In this document: positions 13,069 through 26,371 of the stretch, piece by piece | Layout: each line of letters starts with the position of its first letter | How positions within the stretch are numbered: the stretch's first letter is position 1 | Notes under the pieces: generated by a model | Database searches by the model: none | The model's input: only the letters and a program-made list of their open reading frames with translations | Told to the model about the DNA's origin: nothing | Assembly (NCBI GenBank): GCA_000934665.2 | Contig: KZ538094.1 | Coordinates: forward strand, 1-64,000 | DNA from: Catajapyx aquilonaris | Lineage: Eukaryota | Direction of reading: 5' to 3' | Length of the DNA stretch: 64,000 bases | Made by a program: the position numbers and the translations under genes

Positions 13069-13795
13069 TCCCTTCCCTACCAGATCTAGGCGATGAGATT
13101 TGTTTCTGTTCAACTTGCATGTACTCTGAAGATATGGACAAGATATTTTACAAATAACAACAGCTATACTTGAACGTTCATGCTCTACACTATGAATGCT
13201 TTTGGAACCATTTTCCACTTCTAGAAGTCTCAAAAGTAATTTCCAAAAAGATCACGGTAACAACTCGAAATTAAATTACTACCGGCCACCTGTTAGGCTG
13301 ATTTAATTATGAAATATGTTTCAATATACTAAATAACAACCTTGAGAATCGATAAGAATCGAGAGTGAAACCAATAGTGCCAGATCCAGTGATTCTCACC
13401 TAGGGAGCTATTTTTAAACCCCCACCCAAAGAGCTGTGCATAATGGAGCGGGAGACAAAGGGTTAATTCTCACGAAGTACAACAGTTTCAGCAGATTCAT
13501 CATAGCACGATTCTCAAGGTTGTTATTCCGTATATTGAAACGTATTTCAAAATTAAATCTGCCTAACAGTTGGCTGGTAGTAATTTAATTTCAAGTTGTT
13601 TTGGCGATCTTTTTGGAAATTAATTTTGAGACTTCTTGAAGTGAAAAATTGTTCCAAACATATTCATAGTGCACAGCATGAACGTGTAAGTATAGCTGTT
13701 ATTATTTGTAAAATATCTTGTCCGTATCTTCAGGCGTATCTACGTGCAAGTTGAACAGAAGCTAATCTCATCGCCTAGATCTGGTACGGACGGGG
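13069..13795. mobile_element. piggyBac-like MITE with long TIRs
   Basis: TTAA on both sides; CCC...GGG termini; inverted arms of ~290 bp (CCAGATCTAGGCGATGAGATT / AATCTCATCGCCTAGATCTGG). Confidence 0.85.
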
Positions 13796-14482
13796 TTAAC
13801 TGACAGAGAGCTGGTGGAACCATGTATAAGTCAACTTACCCCTAAAATGATACACAATGATTTTCAGAAGTACATGGTAGTAGCAAAACAACCAAGTAAC
13901 TTAAACCAGAGCTGTTATTTATTTTCCAAACAAGGTGCAATTAGGCTTCAATGGGCCCCATCAAGTGACAAAAATTAAAGATTTTCATGGCCAGGTGATT
14001 CTTTATAAACAAGATCCACTATATTCTGTACCAAATGGTAAAACAAAAAATATTATCATCACTTAAAATAAATAGTTTTTGCAGGTTCATGTGGCATTAC
14101 AAAAGGTAAAAGAAAAGACAGTTAATTTACTAGTAACACCTTCTAGGATACATTTGCAACTAAAATTAACACTCATCACAAAACATAAAACCATGATAAT
14201 GGTGTCACTATCCAGCCTGATTTGATACATATGAGAATGACATAATCAATTCAATGTGAGGAGCATGTGTTGTTAGGAATACATTCAGGCATGCACATAA
14301 CAAAGAGTGTGCTGCAGCATATCAAGTCCAACCAAATTGTGGGGATGTAATGTGCAAAACTGTACAGTTCATATATTAGTGTTCTGAAGTGCATGTTCTA
14401 ACCCTATCAATCAAAAAAATTTCAATCAACTTCCTAGCATGTGCCATACTTAATAAAATACATATGGACCCTGCCTGGCCTA

Positions 14483-14707
14483 GGGGCCGTACACATATTA
14501 CGTCATCACATTTTTGACATTTTTTAACCCCCTCCCTCATGATACTTCATTTGGCAACCCCCCCTCACCTGTCCCCCTGGTTTTTGGTTGGTTTATTCAT
14601 CCCAACTTGGACGCCCCCTTCCCCTCTCGTCTTCTTTGGTCATCAGGTAGCAAACCCCACCCCACCCCCACTCCCCCTCGATGATGACATAATATGTGTA
14701 CGGCCCC
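14483..14707. mobile_element. PIF/Harbinger-like MITE
   Basis: TIR GGGGCCGTACACATATTA / TAATATGTGTACGGCCCC; 3-bp CTA/TTA flanks. Confidence 0.8.
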
Positions 14708-14849
14708 TTAAAGCAAAGCAAAATAGGAAATATCTCCCAATTGTGGATAGATATTCAAAATACATAACCCAACTACTGCATAAGTGTCATTAACATGTAA
14801 AAAAGTCAAAGAGCATATCTGAAAGCTATTACAACACACTTTTAAAACA

Positions 14850-15200
14850 GTCACCACGGCTATTAAGTTACTTCTCCCACTGTGATACCAGATGTTTGAT
14901 TCCTTGTGCATAGGTGTTGGATTGCTGGAACCATTCCCTAATAGCATCCTGCATCACTTCATCCAAATAAAATCTGTGACCGTGCAAATGCTTCTTCAGT
15001 TTCCCAAAAATGTGGATGATACAGTGACAAACCTGGACTCTATGGTGGATGGGATGCTCGTGTGTTTCCCACCTGAATTTGGAAGTGCAATGCTGGATGA
15101 TTTTTGCCATGTTGAGGCAGGCGGTTTATCAAGAAGAAGAATTACTCCTTGTGTGCCCAGCCCAAGCCGCTTAAACTTGATTGATGCTAAACTGCACAGG
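14850..15200 (-). pseudogene. Mariner transposase relic (C-terminal part)
   Basis: GVILLLDK, KFRWETHEHP, HIFGKLKKHLHGHRF, DEVMQDAIREWF and GIKHLVSQWEK spread over broken frames. Confidence 0.8.
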
Positions 15201-15849
15201 TCATATTGCCCGTTTTCGATCACAAGGGCTAACTGTTTGTCAAGTTTCTCACCGCCAGAAACACCATAAATGCTGCCCGAAATGCAACACCACCACCATC
15301 ACGACATTTCCCTAAAAGGGGTAGTCAGCGGTGAAGGGAGATGCAAGTCAACCCCACATATCAACTAAATTAAAAACTTGTAAAAATAAAACTATAAACA
15401 ACCCCTGCCCATCTCAGACGACGGACAGAGCGGCAGGTACCCCGAGCACCATGTGCTGGCCAGCAGGATCCTGCCCGGCCACTCCGACACCCTGGCTGCC
15501 CAGTCGACTTCACTCCTGCCCTAAGTTAAGGCATGAAGGCCTTACTCCGCCGCGTACCGAGCGTCGGGGCTCTCCCTGCCCGCCCGATCCCGCGGCCGCC
15601 TGGTGTGTGTAATTGTCTGCATGAATGCTCCTGTCATCTCCTGTGTACCTCCCTCCTCCTCCATTATTCACCCCTACAAATTAACCTGTGCCATTTACAC
15701 CTATCCAAACAAACAACCTAAGCCTCAGCCACGTCCATGGTCCTCTTGACACATGAACGTCTAGGCTTAACACTAGCAACACCTTTATGCTTATGACACT
15801 GAAATGCCTGAAATGCAGAAACTCTCAAATCTCTGTGAGCATCAACCAA

Positions 15850-16160
15850 GTCCAGGCAGAGTCATTCTTCTTCATAACAACATCTGACCCACCATGTGAA
15901 AATCCTCTGGGATTGCCTTATCAAATTCAGGGGACCTTCCAGCATCTGGCAAATAGCTCAGGTTTGTCCCTGTGTCTTCCACATTTTTGGGGAGCTTCAT
16001 ATCTGTGGGGTAAAAGATTTCACTCAGACGAAGGGGTGCAGGATGCTGTTCGGGAATGGCTCTGCCAGCAACCCATCCCTTTCTATATGCATGAGGAATT
16101 GAAAGTCTGTCAGTGTGAGATAAGTGCCTACATAAATTGCTGCAGTGATTATTTTTAAGC
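15850..16160 (+). pseudogene. Mariner transposase relic (C-terminal part)
   Basis: HIFGELH and GKRFHSDEGVQDAVREWL; similar to 14850-15200 in the opposite orientation. Confidence 0.7.
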
Positions 16161-16564
16161 TACATTGCAATATCTTTCTAATATGCCTTTTGGGTCATTT
16201 TCATTAGAATGTAGGTTTCCTCCCTAATTTGAGTTCATAAGGAGCATGATTGATAGTACATCCAAAAAACAAACATTAATCTACCTGAATAACAAGAACC
16301 TATCAAATGTTTAAGATGGATCTACCATCAATCATGAAACCAGACCTTAGGGAGTGGGATTCTCATGATTTTCTCTCATTTCCAGACAAATGCCTAATAG
16401 TTCCCAAAACAGATGACACAACCACTTCCACTCCCCATAATTTAATCTACCTTCACTGGAAAACATACCATATCTAGAAACAAAAACAAATACAACCCTC
16501 CCTCAAGAAGTCTCACAGTCTTAATCACAGGATGAAATATCACTATTATTATAATAATTAATTA

Positions 16565-16935
16565 GGGGGAGGTGTGATTGCAGAGTTGGTAACCACTCAG
16601 CTTGCTGAGCGAAAGGTCCCGGGTTCGATCCCCACCCGGGAGTTCCCTTTCACCTGCATCAGGAGGGTCTCTGACACGCGCCTTGGAGGCATCTGGCAAC
16701 CTAACCTCCAAGGAGATAGCACATGACCCCTCTACTGACATTGCACTTGCACCCATGTTTCCTCCCCAAAAATCCCCATTCCCTTCCCTACGACCTTTCT
16801 CTCTGGCATGGGGTCTGATGAAAATACATAAGAAAATAGTGATGGGAAATGGTGGTATTCCACCCCCCTAAAGGAGCGATGTTCTCCCGATGGGGTAAGT
16901 AAAATAAAATTCTAAAAATGTAATAAATAAATAAT
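16565..16935 (+). mobile_element. tRNA-derived SINE
   Basis: A-box-like TGCAGAGTTGG, B box GGTTCGATCCC, non-tRNA body and TAA-rich tail; body shares segments with the SINEs at 27045 and 28744. Confidence 0.8.
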
Positions 16936-16945
16936 TATTATAATT

Positions 16946-17999
16946 GAAGGGTTTGGTGCAAAAACCGGATAAGTCCACTTTTGGCCGAAAATAAGTTATG
17001 TGTCCTTCTGCCATCTTGTGGCCACTCTGCACCTTTTGGTACAAAAATCAGACCTGTCATGTAGTCCACTGAGGAAATATAGCCCTCCCAAGTGACAAGC
17101 GTCTTGTCCAGAGCGCGCACAGGCTTCGTTTTTGCCCTCTAGTGGGTGACATTCCAAAAGTAACCACCTAGACTTTTCAGAAACATGGAAGCACACATTT
17201 CACATTTTATAATGAGGTCCATTCAAAAAATCCCAAAAGTAGCGAACTTTGAGATGTATTAAAATCAAAATTTCGCCGCCATGTTGAAATTGAAAGATTT
17301 TATCCCGGCTATTTTCAATGAGATATTATTAAAGGCTTTTTAAAAGAGCTTCCAAAATCACGTATCAGATTTAGATTCACTTTAGGGGTTCAGAGGTTAC
17401 GGGCCTCCATTACAAGCCCTGACAGCATCAAGTGAGTGAAAAATGGCAATTACAGACCCTGTAGTTTCGCAACCCCATGTCACAGAGAGACGAAATCTCA
17501 GTTCCTTACATACGACGACGACTACTACAAACCCATGAATTTTGGTCATAATCGGAAAATATTTGTCGGAAAAGTGGTCCGAGTTGACGTGGAATGCCCC
17601 ATTAGTATAAGTCACTAAAGCGCAGCAGTATAGCCGAACAGAGTGATGAGGAGTCTGGATGTCTAATGATGAATTAGGTGATGAGTTTGTAACACTATGT
17701 AGCCTATGCCTTGAGAAAAAAAGTTTGTCCATGCTCATAACATACACACAAAAATTTATTTGGACAATCATGTCTGGGTCTCATTCGGTGCAAAAACAAG
17801 ACTTGTCCACATTATACTCCACTGTAGAATGTGTAATATGCATCGTCCAAACTTTAGACTCTGGTGCATGTTCACTTTGGTATCATCCTACTCAACAAAA
17901 AATTATCATTATAAACATTTCTGAAATTTTCCGGGAATTCAATTTTTCTTTGTTTTCTTGAAAGTAACAGAAGTGGACTGTTTTTGCACCAAACCCTTC
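16946..17999. mobile_element. Non-autonomous TIR element, Sola-like
   Basis: TIR GAAGGGTTTGGTGCAAAAAC / GTTTTTGCACCAAACCCTTC; 4-bp TSD AATT. Confidence 0.8.
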
Positions 18000-18361
18000 A
18001 ATTATTAATCACAATAATTTAGCTGACAACCTCGATAAAACTTGCAAAATATGCATCATAAGTCAGCATTTCAACCTTGGATGAACCTTAGAAGATTCCC
18101 TCCTACAAGATATATGACTGTGCAACATTTGATGTACCAATACATCTCATCTATAACATCTTTAACACCTAACCCAAAATAAATATGAAAAGTCATAATA
18201 CTTGAAAACACATGCCAATAGACACAAGACACAGAAGAGCAGAGGCTCTGCACTCAACATGATGTTATTTGACAAGCAGAATTATCCCCAAAAAATTAAG
18301 GCAAAGCAGTGGCAGCGGTAAAGCATGCTTAGGGAGATACAAATTACATTGGGAGACTCAC

Positions 18362-18692
18362 CTGGCAGACCTGGGTACTCTTTCCACAACCTGTTTCACC
18401 CAACAGGATCAGTGTTTGCCACTTTTCTACGATGTAAATAATTTCGTTGCGATAGTGGAAGATGGGTAGCCGCTCACGCTGTTGTTCAATGCTCTTGGAT
18501 ATATTCCGATTGTAAACAAAAGCAGTGTGCTCGTCTGGGTTGAGATCTGATTTATCCTGTCTCCAGGGTATATCAAAGGACCCTGAAAAAGAAACAAATG
18601 ATTGCAGCTCACTCCAAATGTAAGTTAACTTTGCTGTCGATATACAGGACATACTCACTTGGCTTCACGAATTGGGGTTTAGCACCACTCAT
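18362..18692 (-). CDS. DHX35: DEAH-box RNA helicase, DHX35-like, first two coding exons: join(18659..18692,18362..18582); downstream exons not found in the window
   Basis: Spliced translation MSGAKPQFVKPR-SFDIPWRQDKSDLNPDEHTAFVYNRNISKSIEQQRERLPIFHYRNEIIYIVEKWQTLILLGETGCGKSTQVCQ matches the DHX35 N-terminus (SIEQQRxxLP, Walker A GETGCGKSTQ). The 76-nt intron is GTGAGT...TTTCAG; the next donor CAG|GTGAGT is at 18361; an upstream acceptor opens the exon at 18734. Confidence 0.88.
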
Positions 18693-19029
18693 AATACTGC
18701 TAATGCATCAGTCACCTCAGTAGTAGTACAGTAGCTGAAATTACAAGCAATATCAGTACACCACCCAAGAGTACTGCATAAAACCAGCTTTTTAGTACCC
18801 TATTAACCCTATTCACATAAGCACAAGGCCATGTCCTACTTCCTCTATTGTTAGCCAGAACACGCTTCACGCACATCAAATCATTTCTCAGCATTACACT
18901 TTCTGCTATAATTCAGGTAGTTTCAAGGTTTCATCGGCAAAAATTATTTGACTGACGTAAAGTAAGCTTCTTTCTGATAGTGCTGAAATAACATATGGAT
19001 CCTTTGTGTTGTGTGTCATAGACTATATA

Positions 19030-22000
19030 GAGGGTGATCCATATTACATCTGATTGCTTTGGATATTTGTTGGCACTAAGCTGCTTATTTTAAGTGGTAA
19101 CTTTTGCATAGTTACTTTTAATATTAATGGTTAAAATATAAGGTGCTAATATTACACCAAAGTGAATCATCCACTAAAATGCTGAACTGCAAAGCATTAA
19201 ACAGTCCATTGGAACAACTGGCATCTCATATCAATGACAGAACCCACTTGTGCATGCCAGACCCCCTTGCAGGCTTTTCAAAGGATGGGTACCCATAACC
19301 TAATATTAGCAGCTAGTAATTTTGAGTTTTGATAGTCTTTTTGATAAGGAATAAGGCCCGGATAGGCCACGCCCACTAGATATTCACCTTTGGAAACACG
19401 TCCCTAGTGGTAGAGAAAGCTTATGAAGGAATATACTGTATTACCTCACTTAAAGCAGCATGCCGGTATAACCTGGCGTGCCGCAATAACTGAGGTAGAT
19501 TTCCATCATTTTGATCTTTGACAAATTTTTTGGAATGCAAGGTAGGGTAGATGGGGCACAGTGGTCCTTTCCATTTTAAAAATATAAGAATAAACCGCAA
19601 TAACATCTTCATCTAGTACCTCGTAAAACAGGTCACTATTGTGCTTCTTGCCAACATGACAGCCATGTGTGAGATGCCTGTGATCCTGCTGTATCAGGGG
19701 AAATCTATTTGAAAGGTAGTGAAGTTACTTCTAACCCACAGTTTAAATGCCATGTCTGGTGTAGATGCTGGGCATGACCCTGATGTAAAAATGCTGCTGA
19801 ATAGTGCCATCCTTTGTGCATAAATGCGGGAAACTTGGAAAGCGTCATTTGCAATGGAAGCTACGATTAATAACATCATGTCAGTTGCTGCCCTCTGGGG
19901 CACAGTGGTCCATGGACCAGTGAGCACCTTTTTGTGGACGACCCTTTTGCCTCTGTACAGCACTTTATATCATCGTAGTTTTATATACTAATGGTTTTGA
20001 CAGACACTAGTATGAAATAAAGTTCATTCCCCCAAAGGATGTGGCAGGACAAGGTCAACTTTCCGGAGAGAGACGCTGTTTCACTTGTGTCCGCAGGTTG
20101 CAAGAACAGAAGTCCCTTTTATTTATTTCGTGTTTGTCTAGAGGGGTTAGATGTAGGATAAAAAATAAAATAAACTTCTTGTGTGAATTAGAGGTCCCAA
20201 TCACTTCCTGACCACTGTGCCCTGGGTATCGGGGCACAGTGGCCCATTTGCATATGGCAGCTTCTAAAATATTTTGAAGCCAAATGGATGGCACTTCATG
20301 TGAATATACAGGGTGAAGGGAAACTCGTGGACAATCGCCAGGTAGACTGATAGTACTCGCAAAACTAATATAGGGATGTGCAATTAGTTTTTGGCTCCTT
20401 TGCGTAGTTAATGCGTACGGTGCCCTTAAAGTGTAGAGGGCCAGATGGTGGAATATGAGGCAAAAATGAAAAAGTGCATGGGTGTCGTACCCGGATTCTT
20501 ACTCTGACAGGATTTGATCGCTTTTTGCACATGAACGATGTGTTAGGGGACCATGGCAAGGGATTGGAGGCCCTCGAACTGACTTTTGCTTCTTCGAAGC
20601 TGGCGGAACGGATGTGACGTCACGAAAGTTTGATGGCGCCGTATGCATTAACTATGAAACGGAGCCCAAAACTAATTGCACATCCCTATATTAGTTTTAC
20701 GAGTACCATCAGTCTACCTGGCGATCGTCCGCGAGTTTCACCCTGTATTAGTGACGTGTATTACCAATGAGTACCTCCACCATGCTGGAAAATATTGGGT
20801 GTGTAGGTATAAAAGGAGCTCTTATAAAAATACCAAATGTTCAAAAGTGGACCACTGTGCCCCAGTCTCCCCTACTAAAATAATGTTACGGTGAAAAACG
20901 TGCAAGTACAGGCCTACAGGGCTGTGAGAATATGCAAGTTCATCTGTTGCACAGGGAATAAAGTATGACCAATCCCATATTCAGCCTGCTCTGAGAGGGG
21001 AACCCCCCTAAACATTACAAAGGATAAAGGCAAATTCCCTCCGTCTTTCGGTTTGCTCAATAGGTTGCTGGTCGTAGATTTCATTGACAATCAGAGGAAC
21101 TATTAGTGTAGTGGTATCAATTTGTCTGAGAAGACTCGTTGCTCAGAAAATAAAATCCATACCCAACATATGAAATATCCTGGTAGGTATGCTTCCCTTT
21201 TTGCAGCCTCGTACTGTTAATTGAAGTTGCCATGAAAGAACTTATCGAACGATCTTATGAGATGTGTCTAGAAATAGAAGTGTCCTGGGCTGTATTCACA
21301 CTGTACAACTTGGTGAAATGAATTCATTTGAGTTATAATAGTTTTCACAGAGATCGTGATAATGCTGTGCTTAAGAAAACCTTACCTTATACCTAAGGTG
21401 GCCATATTTTTCGCGAGCTAAAGCGGGACGGTTTTCATAATCGCCAATTTCGGGCATTTAAATTTGTGTCATAGGGAAATGTCGTGATGTTGTTGTTGTT
21501 TTGTTGTTGTTGTTGTCACTGACTCTGCTTCAGGGGCGAATCCAGACCTTCGATTTTGGGGGGGGGNNNNNNNNNNNNNNNNNNNNNNNNNNNNNNNNNN
21601 NNNNNNNNNNNNNNNNNNNNNNNNNNNNNNNNNNNNNNNNNNNNNNNNNNNNNTTGTTCTGTACCATACCCGCATACTTGGGGGCGATGCGAGGTGGGGG
21701 GGGGGGGGTTCTTGATTTGAGGGATATTAATGTACTGTATCTTATATGGGGTTGGGGGGTGGGCATGAGCCGTAAAGGGAGGGGAAGAGGCCCGCCGCAG
21801 GCGAAAATTTTTTGGGGTGCACTGATTTTTAGGGATTTTCGGGGATTTTCGGGATTTTTAGGGTCTATATAGGCTCAAAGCGGGACATTCGTGCGTCCCG
21901 CCCATCACGTCTGCGACAGCGGGACACCAATCTGAAATTCGGGACTGTCCCGCCTAATTCGGGACGTATGGCCACCTTACTTATACCGGCATACCTCGCT

Positions 22001-22294
22001 TAGACCGGCATAGCCACCAGATCGTGCATTTCTAAAAACTGGTCGACCTCAACTACACAGGCATGCTGCTTTAAGTGAGGTAATACGGTAATTGGAGTAG
22101 AGCTTAACCGTAATTTCTGGCTTGACACACTCCTGCTGAGTTGCCAAGTGCAGCAATCCCGTTAAGGCTGACCAGAGAGGGAGGGATGTGGGGAGGGGCG
22201 GAAGGGAGTTTATTGGAGTAAGTAACTGCTTAAAATAAGAAGCCTAGTGCCAACAAATAGTCAAATCATGGGTCAAGTATTTTGGATAACCCTG
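19030..22294. mobile_element. Nested DNA-transposon stack: Tc1-type MITE (19030-22294) > Tc2/pogo-type element (19436-22088) > Fot1-like element (19545-20872) > MITE (20309-20745); plus a hAT Blackjack-like element (21394-21979)
   Basis: Each layer has paired ends: GAGGGTGATCCA/TGGATAACCCTG; C(T/C)GTATTACCTCACTTAAAGCAGCATGCC; GGGGCACAGTGGTCC; CAGGGTGAA/TTCACCCTG (all TA-flanked); TAAGGTGGCCATA with 8-bp TSD CTTATACC and CGGGAC subterminal repeats. Confidence 0.8.
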
Positions 22295-24379
22295 TATGAG
22301 GAAGTCAGTGAAATGGTCCCCTCACCGTCCTTCCCCCACTATCTCACTCTCTTTTCTCTTTACTCTCTCACCCATTTGCATGATATTCAGAACATCTGTA
22401 GTACCACATCATCCCAAAATTAGCATCATGCAGGAAAAATGTGGTGACAACAATTCAGAAAATTCCATTATGGTGTCTATACCAGATGCTAGTATAAAGC
22501 AAGTTAGGTGGCACCTAGCTGAGTTTTTGTCTACTCTTGTCATGCAAAAAGTACATCACGAAATAATATTTTTTTCAACAAGGGTGAAAATGGCAGTAAC
22601 TGAGCCCCCACCCTTTTCTCCTATCAGTCAATGCCCATGTGTGAGTTCTATGCTCCCTAAATCACTTCACAACTTTAGTGGCAAAATGCAACCATTCCAC
22701 CATTAATAAAACCATGCTCATGCATGCTTCCACTCATGCACACATGTGTGCTCCTTGCCGAAGTATAAGGCAGTTTTTTCCAGTAGTCTACTAGCTTTAT
22801 TTTAAAATGTAACTAGGCCTATATTGATTTCTTCTTTCAACAGTTTCTTGTGGACAAATGTTACTCACTTTTGGAATGCAGAAATATTTCCAAGCGCTTT
22901 TCACTCTTTCTCTGCAGAACAGAACCGCTTTTATCTTTTATGTACCGTATCTTTCAATTAAGTTAAAAATAACAAATTTAAAAATTTGTTGAGCCACAAA
23001 GTTTGGAAATTTTCAAACTTGTACACTGATGTTTTGACTGGGCCTTCAACTGTCTGTGGATGTGTATTCTGTAACGCCAATCGCAAAAGTGGACCTCTCA
23101 CCTTTTGATATCAGCTAACATGTCCCCCAAACAAGCCAACGGCTTGATCATGGGGTATGATAAAAAAAGATACCAGCTAACTTACGTAAGTGGATCATTC
23201 TGCATCATTATACATAAGTCTAATTTTATGTAACTTGGAACCTTCCTTTCATCATACAGTCTACAGAAAGTGCCTGTTTTATGCCGGTTAATTTTACACC
23301 TATTCACATTAACCCTGTTTTCATTATTACATATTTTGAAAAATTTTCAATCTAAAAATGTTGACAAAAATTTGAAAACAACAAAAATCTAAACATAAGA
23401 ACATCGCTACAGCACTTCTGAGTTCAAACACTACAGTTCACCCATACAGGCGCTTCTTTTGTTCGTGGTGCATAGTCATGTGGCACAGTCTAAATCAGTG
23501 GTTCCTTTCGGGTCACGACCCCCTTTAATGATAGTCAAGTAACCTGCGACCCTGTGACACCCCCCCCCCCCCCNCACCCCCCCCCCCCCCGGGGTGTTAG
23601 GTGTTGAAAAAACCTCCGTGATGAATAGGGGGCGGATAGTTATGTTTTTACATAGTTTTTTCCTTTGTATGCACGAGGGTGTGATTTGTACGAAAATCCG
23701 AATCATGACATCAGGAGTCCAAAAAAGTGGGTCTTATTTTGCATATAAAGGCATATTTCGAGCTTAACGACATATTTTGGCTTTAGCGACATATTTGGAA
23801 TATTTCACGCTTTTTACTTCGTTAATCTTGTTACCCACCTTTTTTTTGTATTGTATTTATTACGTTGCAAACCTTGGGACAATAGCTTCCCTTTTTGAAA
23901 CGCACCAATAACGACATGTGATGTGGAGAGGTCATTCTCAAGGCCACTCTGAGTGAGACAAGGCAGCGATTAACTGCATCCAATATGGAAAAAATTATTG
24001 TCTCTCATTGTCACTTCAATAGTGAAACTGAAGACAATTGATGAAATGAAGTTGTGCAAGAAATAAACCTCTTGTATGAGATAAAGTCTCAAGTCCATGG
24101 CACATAATTTGCATGTAATTATTTTTCAGGGTAACGCAAGAATAAATCGCGAATTAAATGCAGGTTTTAGAGAATATTTGAGAGAATATTTCGCTATTTT
24201 TGGGGGAATATTTTTGCACAATTATTTGCCCTTGCAGGTAACCACCAATCAACAGATGACAAATGGGTTGGTCCAGAAATGGGTATCAATTAGTAAGGTA
24301 CTGCTAGTGTTCCTAATATCATGCAAATTGGTGAGGGTAAAGAGAAAAGGTGGCCCATTTCACATAGAATACCTCACAA

Positions 24380-25080
24380 CAGGGTGTCAGATAATATGGG
24401 TAAAAGCAGGATAACACAGGTGTAGGATGCCATTCTGTGTCAAAATATCCTCTGGCATGTTGTACAAATTACAGCTGAGCTGATACAGCCCTCCAAAATT
24501 GGGGAAAGAAAGTTCTAAAGCACAATTTTGACAAGCAGTGATTTGCCCAAATTCAGTGACTAGTCAAGACTAACAAACACCTCCCTGGCCCAGTTTGGCA
24601 CATGATTACTTATTAGTGCACCCCACTTGTACAAATAATGCAGATCAAAATGTTCAGTGCTACTCATTGAGAACGAATAAAGGAGAGATTTTTAAAACAA
24701 TACCTCCGATTTAGAACAAGTTATTAATTGTATGTTTAGGAAATGTTCCAAATTGCCATTACTGATCAGGTTTTTGTTAGCGTCTTTGACTAAATAAGTA
24801 GCACAACATTTTAATCTGCATTTTTTGCCTCATTGTGCACATTGATATGTATTCATCTGTCCAACTGGGACACTAAGGCTTTTGTTAGTATTTACTTGAA
24901 ATCAAATTTGGACAATCTCTGCTTAGCAAAATCATTCTTTATAGCTTTTCACCCAATCTTAAGACAGCTGTAGCATCTCGCCACAATTTTTACAGAAAAA
25001 AAGGGCCATGGCATTTCTGGCTCAGAATGGCATCCTACAAGTGCGGTGTCACATTTGACCCATATTATCGAAGCACCCTT
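24380..25080. mobile_element. Old palindromic MITE
   Basis: Degenerate inverted arms (GATAATATGGGT..GTAGGATGCCATTCTG / CAGAATGGCATCCTAC..ACCCATATTATC). Confidence 0.7.
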
Positions 25081-25442
25081 CGTATTGTTACATCTTCACT
25101 AGATTTGCATAGTCAAATTGATTTTTGCATGCAATGAAATTCAGATATCTCCATTCCCCTTTGCATGTGAATCCTCCATACCTGCTTACTATCTCAGGGC
25201 CCACACTCTTCACCTGTAATTTACAGAAGTCAAATTTTTCCACAGTTATTGCTGCTTAGGTATCCATAACATGCAGAGAGCAAAGTGCAGGCAGTGGACG
25301 GCCCAGGCACAAGGTGTTTAGCCCCCTTTCCTGATATCTGAATGTCCCTAAGTAGCAGGCAGACAAAGAGAGATACTTTTTTATTTTTTATTTATTTCAA
25401 AGAGAGATACTTGGGACTTTCTGCCCTCAACAGTACATATAT

Positions 25443-26358
25443 GGGTTATTCTCCAAAAACTTACCAATACCATGTCCCAGCATAATAACTCAAAAATGGC
25501 TTGACTGAGAGAGTTGATTTTTTAAACATTTGGAGAAGCAGTTGACACCTAGCCATACCCATGAAAACAAAGAAAAATATTAAATTAAGTTTTACTGCAA
25601 AAAATGTCAAAGGGCCTAAAATCACTATTCTTGGCATGTCCCGATCTCATTTGAAAGCATGCTATATTTTCTTACAATTTTATTATTAACATTAGACAAG
25701 TTTCAATACTATAATTAAATTGTACATAGTTGCAGGTATAAAACAACATTTTTAAAACCATTTATTCCTTTGACATGACCTTGCTGCATCACTCCAAAGT
25801 GTGTCCCGAGTTTTCCCGGAAATAAAAAGTTCACACTCCTGGCTCATTTTTCTATGTCACAAAATAGCTTAAATATTTTGAAATAACTGTGATTCCATGG
25901 CATGAAGGGTCTTCTTGAACCCACAGAAATGTCCAGAGTCAACGTTCGTTCTTGACCGTGATATTAATCCTAATGCATCCAAAGGTCATTTTTCTCCCGG
26001 AAATAAAAAGTTCACACTCCTGGCTCATTTTTCTATGTCACATAATAGCTTAAATGTTTTGAAATAACTGTGATTCCATGGAATGAAGGGTCTTCTTGAA
26101 CCCACCGAAATCTCCATAGACAACGTTTGTTCTGGACCGTGATATTAATCCTATTGCATGCATAGGTCATTCTTCTGGCTCCCGAACTCCTGGAAATATT
26201 CACTCTCCTGGCATTAGAATATCAGAATTAGCTCTCCATATTTTTTCCTGATTTGTGACCTCATATAGAGTAAGTGAGAATTTTTCCAGATTTTTAAAAC
26301 AAGTTTTGAAATTCATTCATTCTTGCTTTGAAAATGGTAAGTTTTTGGAGAATCACCC
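25443..26358. mobile_element. Sola-like non-autonomous element with an internal ~181-bp tandem duplication (~25815-26176)
   Basis: TIR GGGTTATTCTCCAAAAACTTACCA / TGGTAAGTTTTTGGAGAATCACCC; TSD ATAT; repeat units start CCCGGAAATAAAAAG at 25815 and 25996. Confidence 0.8.
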
Positions 26359-26371
26359 ATATATGTACGTA

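Noticed and set aside
15379..15750. GC-rich segment resembling a solo LTR (TG...CA)
   Set aside because: No matching TSD or second copy found; cannot be supported from this window.
18583..18658. N-terminal part (MSMSCISTAK...) of the 104-aa ORF as DHX35 coding sequence
   Set aside because: It is the 76-nt intron; the ORF 'start' is the GTG of the donor.
25815..26176. Direct repeats as a CRISPR-like array
   Set aside because: Two contiguous ~181-bp units without spacers, inside a TIR element in a eukaryotic context.
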